32,000 nucleotides of DNA from the NCBI GenBank assembly GCA_004556155.1, contig SFIM01000006.1:23760-55759 (forward strand), in the 5' to 3' direction. The notes under the pieces were generated by a model. It made no database searches. It was given only the letters and a program-made list of their open reading frames with translations, and had not been told where the DNA came from. This DNA comes from Clostridiales bacterium. Its GTDB lineage: Bacteria; Bacillota; Clostridia; Christensenellales; Aristaeellaceae. Positions 16,352-24,060 of this stretch are shown here, one piece after another; position 1 is the stretch's first letter, and each line of letters begins with the position of its first letter. The position numbers and the translations under genes are program-made.

Positions 16352-18629
16352 TAAGGGGCTGCGCGCGGCCCTGAGCGCGCTGATTGCCTGGCTGCTGGCG
16401 CTGGGTCTGGGCCTGCCGCTGCTCAAGGGCTTTGGCCTGGAGGGGCAGATGCTGCGCTTTGCCGTCTGCACGGCGGGCCTTTCGGGGGTGTTTTCCCTGC
16501 TGCGCACGCGCAAATACCTGTTTTCGCTGTCTCTTTTGCTGGCTGCCGCGGCGGCCGGCGTGCATTATTTGCTGGGCGGCGGCTGGATACAAAGCGCTCT
16601 GAACGCCGGGAATGCCATTGCGATGCATCTGCGCGGGGCGGGCGTTGCGCTGCCGCTGTATGGCGATACGATCGCCTTGCAGCTGACGCTGTACTGCGCC
16701 TTGCTGGGCACTGCGTTGGCTTCGCCCGATAACGGCCTGTATGCGCCGATTTTTATTGTAGGTTCGCTGCTTTGCAGCATGTGGCTGCTTGGGCTGCGCG
16801 GGGCCAGCGCGTATATGCTGCCCGCCCTGCCCGCGCTGCTGCTATTGTATGCCTGGACGCATGCGCGCGATCCCGAGGGCGATACGCCCCAGCGCCGTTC
16901 TATGCCTGCCATTGCGCTGGTTGCTGCGGCGGCGCTGTGCGCGCTGTCCATGGCGCTGGCTCCGGCGGACGGTACCAAGGTGCCCGCGCTGGCGCAGTTA
17001 GCGGATCGTGTGAGCGAAATACTGGACGATACGCTGCTGTTCCGTGAGCAGCGCTCGCGCTACAGCCTGGCTTTAGACGGCTGGATGCCCCAGGGCGAGG
17101 GCCGTCTGGGCGGCGAACCCTCGCCCAGCGATCGCATCATCATGCAGGTGGAAACCGATGAAACAGTCTACCTGCGCGGTGCGATTCTGGATACCTATAC
17201 GGGCGGAGCGTGGTACGATAGCATCAGCGCCCAGCGCTATGGCTGGTATTCGCGCCGATATCGGGAGCTGCGCGATCAGCTGACCCAGGCTGCTTATCCG
17301 TTGGTATCGGCGCAGAGCGAAAAAATGGCGCGTGTGATCATGCTTACCGACAGCGCCAGCACGCTCTTTGTACCCCAGCGCCTGCGCACGCTGACCGTCG
17401 AGGGCACGGCCAACGCTTATTTCAATCTGGGCACCGAGGTGTTTTTGAGCCGCAATTTGCAGCCCAGGGATACCTATACCGTTGAATATTTGCCCATGAA
17501 GGCCACCGACGCAGGCATGGCTGGGCTGGTTGCCAGCAATCAAAACGCCCAGGATGCGGCCTATGCCGGCGCGCAAGCGCAGTATATGGACGTTCCCGGC
17601 CATATGCAGCAGGATATTTATGATATCGTCCAGCGCGTGACTCAGGGGTGTAATACGCCGTGGGAAAAGGCCGTGGCGCTGCGCGATTATCTGCAAAATA
17701 CCTGCACCTATACCCTGCAGGTGCAAACGCCGCCCACGGATGTGGACTTTGTGGCCTGGTTCCTGTTGGCCGAGCGCCAGGGCTATTGCACCTATTTTGC
17801 CTCAGCCATGACCGTGATGTGCCGCATGGCGGGCCTGCCTGCGCGCTATATCGAAGGGTATTTGGTGCGCCCAGAGGCGGGCGGCACGACCGTCGTGCGC
17901 GGGCTTAACGCCCATGCCTGGACGGAGGTGTACTTGCGCGGAGTGGGCTGGGTGGCGTTTGACGCGACCCCCGGCGCGGGCGATCAGGATCAGAGCAATA
18001 CGCCTGACGGCAGCCTGCCGCCCGAGCAGCAGGAGCAGCCGACCCCCACGCCCGAGCCTGCGCCCACGCCTACCCCCTCACCTACGCCTGAAGCGCAGCC
18101 GACTCCCACGCCGACCCCCGCCCCCGAGGGCGCAACGCCCACGCCATCGCCTACGCCCGAAGCGCAGCCTACTCCCACGCCTACGCCTCCGCCGCAGGAT
18201 CCGCCCAAGGATCCTGGCCCGCGGCTGCCCTGGCTGGCGCTGCTGTTGCTGCTGGCTTTGATGCTGCTGCTTGCCTGGCGCGCACGCTTAACCGAACCCA
18301 TGTACCGCGCTGCCCGCGCGAAGGATGATGCGGCTGCGCTGCTGCTGCTGTGGCAGGCTGCGCTGCAATGCGCCGCGCAATTGGGCAAGCCCCGGCAGCA
18401 TGCCGAAACGCCGCTGGCCTATGCCGCGCGCCTGGGGGACAGCCTGGGCGTATCGCTGCAGAGCCTGGCTGAGGCGGTCAGCGCCGTGCAGTATGGCCGT
18501 CACATGCCGTCGTCTGCCGCCGTGCAGGAGGCTGGGCGCGTGTATACCGCGCTGAACGAACAACTGAATCTGTGGCAAAAGGCTGTGCTGTGCCTGCGCC
18601 GCATGCTGCATGTGACGCGCCGTCGCTGA
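16335..18629 (+). CDS. Polytopic membrane transglutaminase-like protein (TgpA-like)
   Basis: N-terminal multi-TM block, then a transglutaminase core with Cys (QGYCTYFASAM), His (NAHAWTEVY) and Asp (VAFDATP). This is followed by a Pro/Thr-rich linker, a TM helix (LPWLALLLLLALMLLLAW) and a helical C-terminal domain. ATG 16335 follows GGAGGTG and overlaps the DUF58 gene by 17 nt. Confidence 0.88.
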   Translation: MSRLRDKGLRAALSALIAWLLALGLGLPLLKGFGLEGQMLRFAVCTAGLSGVFSLLRTRKYLFSLSLLLAAAAAGVHYLLGGGWIQSALNAGNAIAMHLRGAGVALPLYGDTIALQLTLYCALLGTALASPDNGLYAPIFIVGSLLCSMWLLGLRGASAYMLPALPALLLLYAWTHARDPEGDTPQRRSMPAIALVAAAALCALSMALAPADGTKVPALAQLADRVSEILDDTLLFREQRSRYSLALDGWMPQGEGRLGGEPSPSDRIIMQVETDETVYLRGAILDTYTGGAWYDSISAQRYGWYSRRYRELRDQLTQAAYPLVSAQSEKMARVIMLTDSASTLFVPQRLRTLTVEGTANAYFNLGTEVFLSRNLQPRDTYTVEYLPMKATDAGMAGLVASNQNAQDAAYAGAQAQYMDVPGHMQQDIYDIVQRVTQGCNTPWEKAVALRDYLQNTCTYTLQVQTPPTDVDFVAWFLLAERQGYCTYFASAMTVMCRMAGLPARYIEGYLVRPEAGGTTVVRGLNAHAWTEVYLRGVGWVAFDATPGAGDQDQSNTPDGSLPPEQQEQPTPTPEPAPTPTPSPTPEAQPTPTPTPAPEGATPTPSPTPEAQPTPTPTPPPQDPPKDPGPRLPWLALLLLLALMLLLAWRARLTEPMYRAARAKDDAAALLLLWQAALQCAAQLGKPRQHAETPLAYAARLGDSLGVSLQSLAEAVSAVQYGRHMPSSAAVQEAGRVYTALNEQLNLWQKAVLCLRRMLHVTRRR
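18078..18188 (+). repeat. Two-copy 69-nt-period direct repeat encoding SPTPEAQPTPTPTP in the transglutaminase linker
   Basis: The 42-nt units at 18078-18119 (tcacctacgcctgaagcgcagccgactcccacgccgaccccc) and 18147-18188 (tcgcctacgcccgaagcgcagcctactcccacgcctacgcct) differ only at a few, mostly synonymous, positions. Confidence 0.8.
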
Positions 18630-18643
18630 CGCATGCAATTACT

Positions 18644-18676
18644 GCCCTTGGGACACACTGCTCCTAAGGGCTTTTT
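18644..18676 (+). terminator. Intrinsic terminator after the MoxR-DUF58-transglutaminase operon
   Basis: Stem gcccttggg (18644-18652) / cctaagggc (18663-18671) with one G-U pair, followed by ttttt (18672-18676). Confidence 0.7.
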
Positions 18677-18697
18677 GCATGAAAAGGAGGCGTTCAT

Positions 18698-19585
18698 ATG
18701 ACCGGTACGCCGCTGTTTACAGGCGTATGCACCGCGATGATCACGCCGTTTTGCGGCGGGCAGATCGATTATCCTGCCCTGGATGGGCTGCTGGAACGGC
18801 AGATCAACGCAAAGGTTGACGCGCTGCTGATTGCCGGCACCACGGGTGAACCCAGCACGCTCAGCGATGCGGAATGGGAGAGCCTGACCGCCCACGCGCT
18901 GACGCGCATCGCGGGCCGCGTGCGGGTGATCGTAGGCACGGGCAGCAACAATCTGCGCGTCACCCTGCGCCGCGCGGGCTTTGCCGCCGATCATGGGGCC
19001 GATGCGCAGCTGTGCGTGACCCCCTATTATAACAAGGCTACCCAAGCCGGGCTGTATGCCTATTTTACGCGCATTGCGGATGAATGCGCGCTGCCGGTGA
19101 TGCTCTATAACGTGCCTGCGCGCACAGGGCTGAACATGCTGCCCGAAACCTGCGCGGGGCTGGCGCATCATCCGGGCGTGATCGGCGTGAAGGAGGCGTC
19201 GGACGATCTGGGACAGCTGGCGCGCCTGACCGCGCTGACGCCGCTGCCCGTGTACTGCGGCAGCGATCAGTGGATGGCTCCCGCCCTGCGGCTGGGCGCG
19301 CGCGGGGTGATCTCGGTGCTGGCCAACCTGTGCCCCGAGGCCGTGCGCATCCTGTGCCAATCCCAGCAGAAGGGCTGCGAGCAGTCCGCCGCCGCGCAGC
19401 AGCGCCACTTGGCTGCGCTGACGGACGCGCTGTTCTGCGAGGTCAGCCCAAGCCCGGTCAAGTACGCGCTGTCGCTGCTGGGGCTTTGCCGCGCCGAGGT
19501 GCGCCTGCCGCTGGTGCCCCTGCAGCCAGACAGCCGCGAAAGATTGCAGAGCCTGCTGGCCCGGCATGGGCTGCTGCCCGCATGA
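18698..19585 (+). CDS. dapA: 4-hydroxy-tetrahydrodipicolinate synthase
   Basis: ITPF, AGTTGEPSTLS, TPYYNK and the Schiff-base lysine context VIGVKEAS are present. RBS AAAGGAGG. Confidence 0.92.
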   Translation: MTGTPLFTGVCTAMITPFCGGQIDYPALDGLLERQINAKVDALLIAGTTGEPSTLSDAEWESLTAHALTRIAGRVRVIVGTGSNNLRVTLRRAGFAADHGADAQLCVTPYYNKATQAGLYAYFTRIADECALPVMLYNVPARTGLNMLPETCAGLAHHPGVIGVKEASDDLGQLARLTALTPLPVYCGSDQWMAPALRLGARGVISVLANLCPEAVRILCQSQQKGCEQSAAAQQRHLAALTDALFCEVSPSPVKYALSLLGLCRAEVRLPLVPLQPDSRERLQSLLARHGLLPA

Positions 19586-20205
19586 CGGGGCTGCTGTTAT
19601 TTGGCGCGGAGGGCCGCATGGGGCGCGAGGTGGCGGCGCTGGCGGCACAATACGGCTTTACGCTGGGGGAAAAGGCGGAGGCGGCGATTGATTTTTCGCA
19701 TCCGGATGCGTTGGATGCGGTGCTTGACGCCGTGCTGGCGCGCGGCATTCCGCTGGTGAGCGGCACGACGGGCTATTCGCTTGCGCAGCAGCAGCAAATC
19801 CACGCGGCGGCGCAGCGCGTGCCCATCCTGCGCTCGGCCAATTTCAGCCTGGGCGCGGCGGTGATGGCGCGGCTGCTGGCGCAGGCGGCAAGCAGCCTGC
19901 CGGGCTGGGACGGCGCGCTGATTGAGCGGCATCACGCGGGCAAAGTGGATGCGCCCAGCGGGACGGCGATTGCGCTGGCACAGGCCATGGCGCTGCCGCG
20001 GGAGGGCATCCTGTCCGTGCGCGGCGGCACGGTGCGCGGGCTGCATGAGGCAGGATTCTACGGCCCCGAGGAGCATTTGACCATCGTACACTGCGCCGAA
20101 AGCCGCGCGGTGTTCGCCCATGGCGCACTGCGCGCCGCCCGGTGGAGCATCGGCCGCACGGCAGGGCTGTACGGCATGGAGGATCTGCTGGAAACGGTGA
20201 TATAA
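19582..20205 (+). CDS. dapB: 4-hydroxy-tetrahydrodipicolinate reductase (short form)
   Basis: N-terminal GAEGRMG dinucleotide motif, catalytic ERHHAGKVDAPSGTA and C-terminal GLYGMEDLL. An ATGA overlap links it to the dapA stop. I trimmed the track ORF (19270) to ATG 19582. Confidence 0.85.
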   Translation: MTGLLLFGAEGRMGREVAALAAQYGFTLGEKAEAAIDFSHPDALDAVLDAVLARGIPLVSGTTGYSLAQQQQIHAAAQRVPILRSANFSLGAAVMARLLAQAASSLPGWDGALIERHHAGKVDAPSGTAIALAQAMALPREGILSVRGGTVRGLHEAGFYGPEEHLTIVHCAESRAVFAHGALRAARWSIGRTAGLYGMEDLLETVI

Positions 20206-20207
20206 AA

Positions 20208-20262
20208 AAGCCCCGTCTGTGACGGGGCTTCAGCCTGTCGAAAAAGGGTGTTCGACAGGCTG
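20208..20262. terminator. Tandem hairpins between convergent dapB and the DMT transporter gene
   Basis: Hairpin 1 is aagccccgtc (20208-20217) / gacggggctt (20221-20230), preceded by aaaaaa, which gives a T-run on the minus strand. Hairpin 2 is cagcctgtcgaa (20231-20242) / ttcgacaggctg (20251-20262). Confidence 0.65.
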
Positions 20263-20278
20263 CCGCTGAAGGTCAGCC

Positions 20279-21187
20279 TTACGGATCCAGCAGGCCGATA
20301 ATCGCAATGCCCGCCACCGTAATGGCGATGGCCGCGTAGTGCTTCCAGCTCAGCTTTTCCTTGAGGAACAGGCGGCTCCACAGCACCGACACCGCGCAGT
20401 AGGAAGCGATGATGGGCGCGCTCATGGCCACGTGCGCCTTGTCCGCCAGGGCATAGATGTAGAAGAACTGGCCGATGGTCTCGCACACAGCGCCCAGATA
20501 CTTGGGGCCTTCGCTGCGCACGGTCAGCTTTTCGCGCTTGACAAACAGCACGTACCCCCCCGCAAGCAGGCCGGCGATCAGGAAGGTCAGCTCGTAGGCC
20601 ACGTTGGCAGAGCCCTCGTCGAGGGTTTCCAGCACCAGGCTGTCGGCAAAGGTGCCTGCCGCGTCCAGCACGCAGTAGAGGATGGGCAGCAGCAGCGCCA
20701 GGAAGGACTTGGCGTATTTGCGGTTGCCCGCCTCCTGACGGGCGGCGCGCAGCTCGTCGTCCTCGGTGGCTTCCACCACGCCCAGCAGGATTACGCCGCC
20801 GGCCACCAGCGTGATGGCGATCAGCTGCAGCGCGCCCATATCGCCAAGACCCGCCGTGATGAGGGTCAGTATGGCCACCAGCGCGCCGGAGGAATTGCAG
20901 ATGGGCGAGGAAATGGAAAGCTCGATGTAGCGCAGGCCGATATAGCCGATGGCCATGGATACGATGTAGAGCAGCGATACGGGAAGGTAGGTCAGGATGA
21001 TGCTCAGGTTGATCTCTACGCCGTTTACGAAGATTTCGTAGCAGGCGTGCAGACCCATCACAACGCCCACGGCCATGACCATCTTCAGGTAGGCGGTTTT
21101 ATCGCCGCTCTCACGGCAGCCAATTTTGGAAAACAAATCCGAGCCGCTCCAGCACAGCAGGGCAGCCAGGGAATACCAAAACCACAT
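20279..21187 (-). CDS. DMT-superfamily (EamA-like) transporter
   Basis: 302 aa with about ten helices. The N-terminus (WYSLAALLCWSGSDLFSKIG) is typical of DMT transporters. RBS AAAGGAGAG. Confidence 0.78.
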   Translation of the reverse strand: MWFWYSLAALLCWSGSDLFSKIGCRESGDKTAYLKMVMAVGVVMGLHACYEIFVNGVEINLSIILTYLPVSLLYIVSMAIGYIGLRYIELSISSPICNSSGALVAILTLITAGLGDMGALQLIAITLVAGGVILLGVVEATEDDELRAARQEAGNRKYAKSFLALLLPILYCVLDAAGTFADSLVLETLDEGSANVAYELTFLIAGLLAGGYVLFVKREKLTVRSEGPKYLGAVCETIGQFFYIYALADKAHVAMSAPIIASYCAVSVLWSRLFLKEKLSWKHYAAIAITVAGIAIIGLLDP

Positions 21188-21225
21188 GGTTGTATTTCTC
21201 TCCTTTTTTTCTGATGAAGATCCGT

Positions 21226-22095
21226 TTACTGCGCCCGCGCGCGGCTGAGGGTGATCAGGTGATACTGCGCCCGCGCGCCCAGCCGCAGCGGCAGCCAGGT
21301 GGTGCCCACGCCGTTGGAAACCAGCACGGTGACGCCGTGCTCCTCAATTTCGCCCGAGCGGTAATGGTTGCCGTAGCGCAGCCCGCGCCGGCTGGCGGTA
21401 TAGGGCGCAAAGCCCAGCAGCGTCACCTGACCGCCGTGCGTATGCCCGCACAGAGCCAGATCAAAAAACGGATCCCTTTGTACATTATAAGCGTCCTCCA
21501 ATGCGTCGGGCGCATGGGGGGCGTAAATCACATAATCCGCGCCGCGCACCTGGGCGGCCACGTCCTGATAGTCGGGCTCACCCCAATAGCAATCGTCCGT
21601 GGCGCACAGGGCGATGGTATCCTCCCCGCTGCGCAGCGTCAGCGCGCTGTTAAGCAGCGGGGTGACGCTTTTTGCCTGCATGGCGGCGCACAGCGCGTCT
21701 ATATCGCCGTCCGCACGGTCATGATTGCCGATGACTGCGCACACGGCCAGGCGCGCGTGCAACGGCGGCACGATGTGCCAGAATTCCAGGCTGTGGGCTG
21801 CGTCCTCGCCGTAATCCCCGCCCAGCAGGATGATATCGGCTTCCAGGGCGTTGAGACGCGCCGCCAGGTCGTTTACGCGCGCCGCATCCAGCAGCGCGCC
21901 GTAATGGATATCCGAGGCGTAGGCCAGCTTCAACCCGCTCAGCGATCTTGGGACGTGCGCGGAGCTGATCTCGTGCCGCTCCAGCCGCAGCTGGCGCGCC
22001 GTGTAGATTGGATACAGCCAGCGCCGGGGACGCAGCGAGGCCATCAGGATGCCCAGCCGCGAGGGCGTATGGGGTCGCTTTGCGGGCGTTTTCAT
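21226..22095 (-). CDS. Calcineurin-like metallophosphoesterase
   Basis: Motifs SDIHYG, GGDYG, GNHD and GHTHGGQ appear in the canonical order. I trimmed to ATG 22095, which is preceded by GGAAAGGAG. Confidence 0.88.
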   Translation of the reverse strand: MKTPAKRPHTPSRLGILMASLRPRRWLYPIYTARQLRLERHEISSAHVPRSLSGLKLAYASDIHYGALLDAARVNDLAARLNALEADIILLGGDYGEDAAHSLEFWHIVPPLHARLAVCAVIGNHDRADGDIDALCAAMQAKSVTPLLNSALTLRSGEDTIALCATDDCYWGEPDYQDVAAQVRGADYVIYAPHAPDALEDAYNVQRDPFFDLALCGHTHGGQVTLLGFAPYTASRRGLRYGNHYRSGEIEEHGVTVLVSNGVGTTWLPLRLGARAQYHLITLSRARAQ

Positions 22096-22132
22096 GGGCG
22101 AATCAGCTCCTTTCCTATCATTGAATAGGGAT

Positions 22133-22161
22133 ATAATATCATAGCCGCCCCAAAAGCGCAA
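22133..22161 (-). promoter_or_regulatory. Candidate sigma-A promoter for the phosphoesterase-DMT pair
   Basis: The minus strand reads TTGCGC (complement of 22156-22161), a 17-nt spacer, then TATTAT (complement of 22133-22138). Confidence 0.45.
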
Positions 22162-22262
22162 GATGGCGAAAGCGGCAATTATCAGACTGCGCCCTCCCCA
22201 CGCAGTACAGCGCCCGCAGCCGTGTCAGCGACAGGCAGGCTCCTGCCAGGGCATGCAAAAGC

Positions 22263-22290
22263 GCCTGCAATCTGATTAGCGATTGCAGGC
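22263..22290 (-). terminator. Terminator hairpin ending the FAD-oxidoreductase / ABC / kinase operon
   Basis: 10-bp stem gcctgcaatc (22263-22272) / gattgcaggc (22281-22290). On the minus strand it is followed by GCTTTTGC. It lies 16 nt past the stop at 22306. Confidence 0.6.
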
Positions 22291-22305
22291 GTTTTGATTT
22301 GCAAT

Positions 22306-24060
22306 TTAAACGTCCATGATTTCGCACCCATACAGGCCGATATCGCCGCCGCCCCAGGATGATTCCAGGCACAGGGTAAGGCGGGATGCGCCGTCCGGCA
22401 GGGGGATGCGCAGCAGCGCCTGATGGTTTTTCAGCTTCAGGGAAACGGGGCCGTCCGGCATTTCGCAGATCAGCGTGGCCTCGCGCAGCAGCGGGGCGGG
22501 CATTTGCAGCGGCGGATCGTCCGCAAACACATGCGCGCGCATGGCAAAGTCCTGATACTTTTTACGCGGGGAAATGCTCTCCCGCGAAAAATCAGCATCC
22601 AGCGCCAGCCGCAGCGCCTGACGGCGCGCAGGGGCGGGCAGGGTGATGGTCAGCCGCGTGCCAGCGGGCAGCAGGATGCGGTTTTCAACGCCCGCGTGCG
22701 GGCGCTCCCAGCCGTTTTGCAGGAGGGCCAGCTGCTCGGACGGCAGATCGATCTGCGTCGGCGCGGGCTTGCGCACCAGGCCGGGCAGGTAGCAGCCGTC
22801 CTCCATCAGGCGGCGCTGAAGCTCCGCCATGTGGCACAGATAAACCCCGCGCGGATCGCACGTTTTTTCCACGGCCAGCGCGGCGGCGGCGCCGGCTGCC
22901 TGCCCCATCAGCGAGCAGGTAGCCATCACGCGCGTGGAGCTCATGGCCAGGTGGGAAGCGCTGATGTTGCGCCCGGCGAACATCAGGTTATCGATGTTGC
23001 GCGAGTAGAGGCAGCGATAGGGAATGGGATAAGGCGCGTTGACGGGCAGATGATGCGAGGAGTAGCCCGGCGCGTAAAAGCCGGCGGGCAGGTGATTGTC
23101 CATTGTCCAGCCGCCGTAGGCCACTACATCGGGGAAGGGACGGCCGGTGGACAGATCCTGCTGGGTGAGCATATAGTCGCCCTCGTAGCGGCGGCTTTCG
23201 CGTTTGCCGGGCAGGAAGCCCACCCACTCCAGCTCCCAATTATCCGCGCCGTGATCGCCACGGTTTTTGATATGATCCCACACGCCAAAGGCGATTTTGA
23301 GCAGCTCCATGTTCAGCGTTTGCGTGTCGGCAATGGTATCCTGCTCGCCGCCCAGCTCAATCCACCAGAAGTTCACGCCCGTGCCGATGAAATCATGGTT
23401 CTTGTCCATCATGCTGGCGTCATCGGGATAGACGTTCGCCCATTCGGGCGCGGTGAAGGGGCAGGGATGATCGGTCTGCCGGGCTTCGATCAGGCAGGAA
23501 TTGCCCATCGTTTTGCGGTCAGCCTGCGCGGGAGCCTCGGATTCGCCCAGATCGTTTTGCCCTTCTCGGCCCACGCGGTAGGCTGCGCCGCACAGCGGGG
23601 CCAGGATGCTGTCGCCCGAGCAATCCAGAAAGATCTGCGCTTCCACGGTGTGGAAGGCATAGGTATTCAGCTGCCAGCCGGTAACGGACGTGATGCGGTT
23701 GCCCGCAGTTTGACAATCCAGGCAGGAGCAGTTGAGCAGCAGGGTGATGTTCTTTTCCGCCATCACGGCCTGCAATAGCACGCTATCCCAAAGGGAATAG
23801 TTCATGGTGGGATTGCGGTAGATGTTTTCCAGCTCCAGCTCCTGCAGGATGCCCGTTTCGCGGTTTTCCCTGCCGGCCGCGCCGCGGATCCACATGCGGA
23901 TCTCGCTGCTGGCGTTGCCGCCAAGCACAGGGCGATCGTGCATCAGCACCACCCTGGCACCATGGCGCGCGGCGGAGATGGCGGCAATCATGCCGGCCAT
24001 GCCGCCCCCGATGACGCAGATATCGGCCTGATGGCAGATGGCGTTATTCATGCTTAGCAT
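22306..24060 (-). CDS. FAD-dependent oxidoreductase, long paralogue (584 aa) with an extra C-terminal domain
   Basis: N-terminal ADICVIGGGMAGMIAAISAARHGARVVLMHDRPVLGGN (dinucleotide-binding fold), central LPGKRESRRYEGDYMLTQQDL and distal STRVMATCSLMGQAAGAAAA. About 130 further residues follow with no motif I recognise. Its start overlaps the kinase stop by 17 nt. Confidence 0.85.
   Translation of the reverse strand: MLSMNNAICHQADICVIGGGMAGMIAAISAARHGARVVLMHDRPVLGGNASSEIRMWIRGAAGRENRETGILQELELENIYRNPTMNYSLWDSVLLQAVMAEKNITLLLNCSCLDCQTAGNRITSVTGWQLNTYAFHTVEAQIFLDCSGDSILAPLCGAAYRVGREGQNDLGESEAPAQADRKTMGNSCLIEARQTDHPCPFTAPEWANVYPDDASMMDKNHDFIGTGVNFWWIELGGEQDTIADTQTLNMELLKIAFGVWDHIKNRGDHGADNWELEWVGFLPGKRESRRYEGDYMLTQQDLSTGRPFPDVVAYGGWTMDNHLPAGFYAPGYSSHHLPVNAPYPIPYRCLYSRNIDNLMFAGRNISASHLAMSSTRVMATCSLMGQAAGAAAALAVEKTCDPRGVYLCHMAELQRRLMEDGCYLPGLVRKPAPTQIDLPSEQLALLQNGWERPHAGVENRILLPAGTRLTITLPAPARRQALRLALDADFSRESISPRKKYQDFAMRAHVFADDPPLQMPAPLLREATLICEMPDGPVSLKLKNHQALLRIPLPDGASRLTLCLESSWGGGDIGLYGCEIMDV

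Noticed and set aside
18040-18230. Repetitive ccnacgcc tracts that might have been a CRISPR or other repeat array.
   Set aside because: The repeats are in frame inside a long, motif-supported CDS and encode a Pro/Thr linker. There is no repeat-spacer periodicity of CRISPR type and no cas genes.
18630-18697. I looked for a lysine riboswitch (L-box) upstream of dapA, and for a T-box or leader upstream of asnA (10220-10293).
   Set aside because: Both leaders are only about 70 nt and are taken up by a terminator or promoter plus the RBS. There is no room for these roughly 180-nt or longer elements and no conserved cores are visible.
19582-20205. DapB is only 207 aa, which could mean a truncated gene or pseudogene.
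   Set aside because: The N-terminal GxxGRMG motif, the catalytic E-x-HH-x-x-K-x-D-A-P-SGTA motif and a normal C-terminus are all present. The gene is ATGA-coupled to dapA. From memory, short DapB forms of about 215 aa exist (for example in Thermotoga). It is therefore probably a functional short form.
22139-22372. A 77-aa minus-strand ORF spanning the intergenic region between the phosphoesterase gene and the FADox-C gene.
   Set aside because: It overlaps the 3' end of the flavoprotein gene and its terminator hairpin, has no RBS and gives an Arg/Leu-rich product. The region is better explained by a terminator plus the phosphoesterase promoter.
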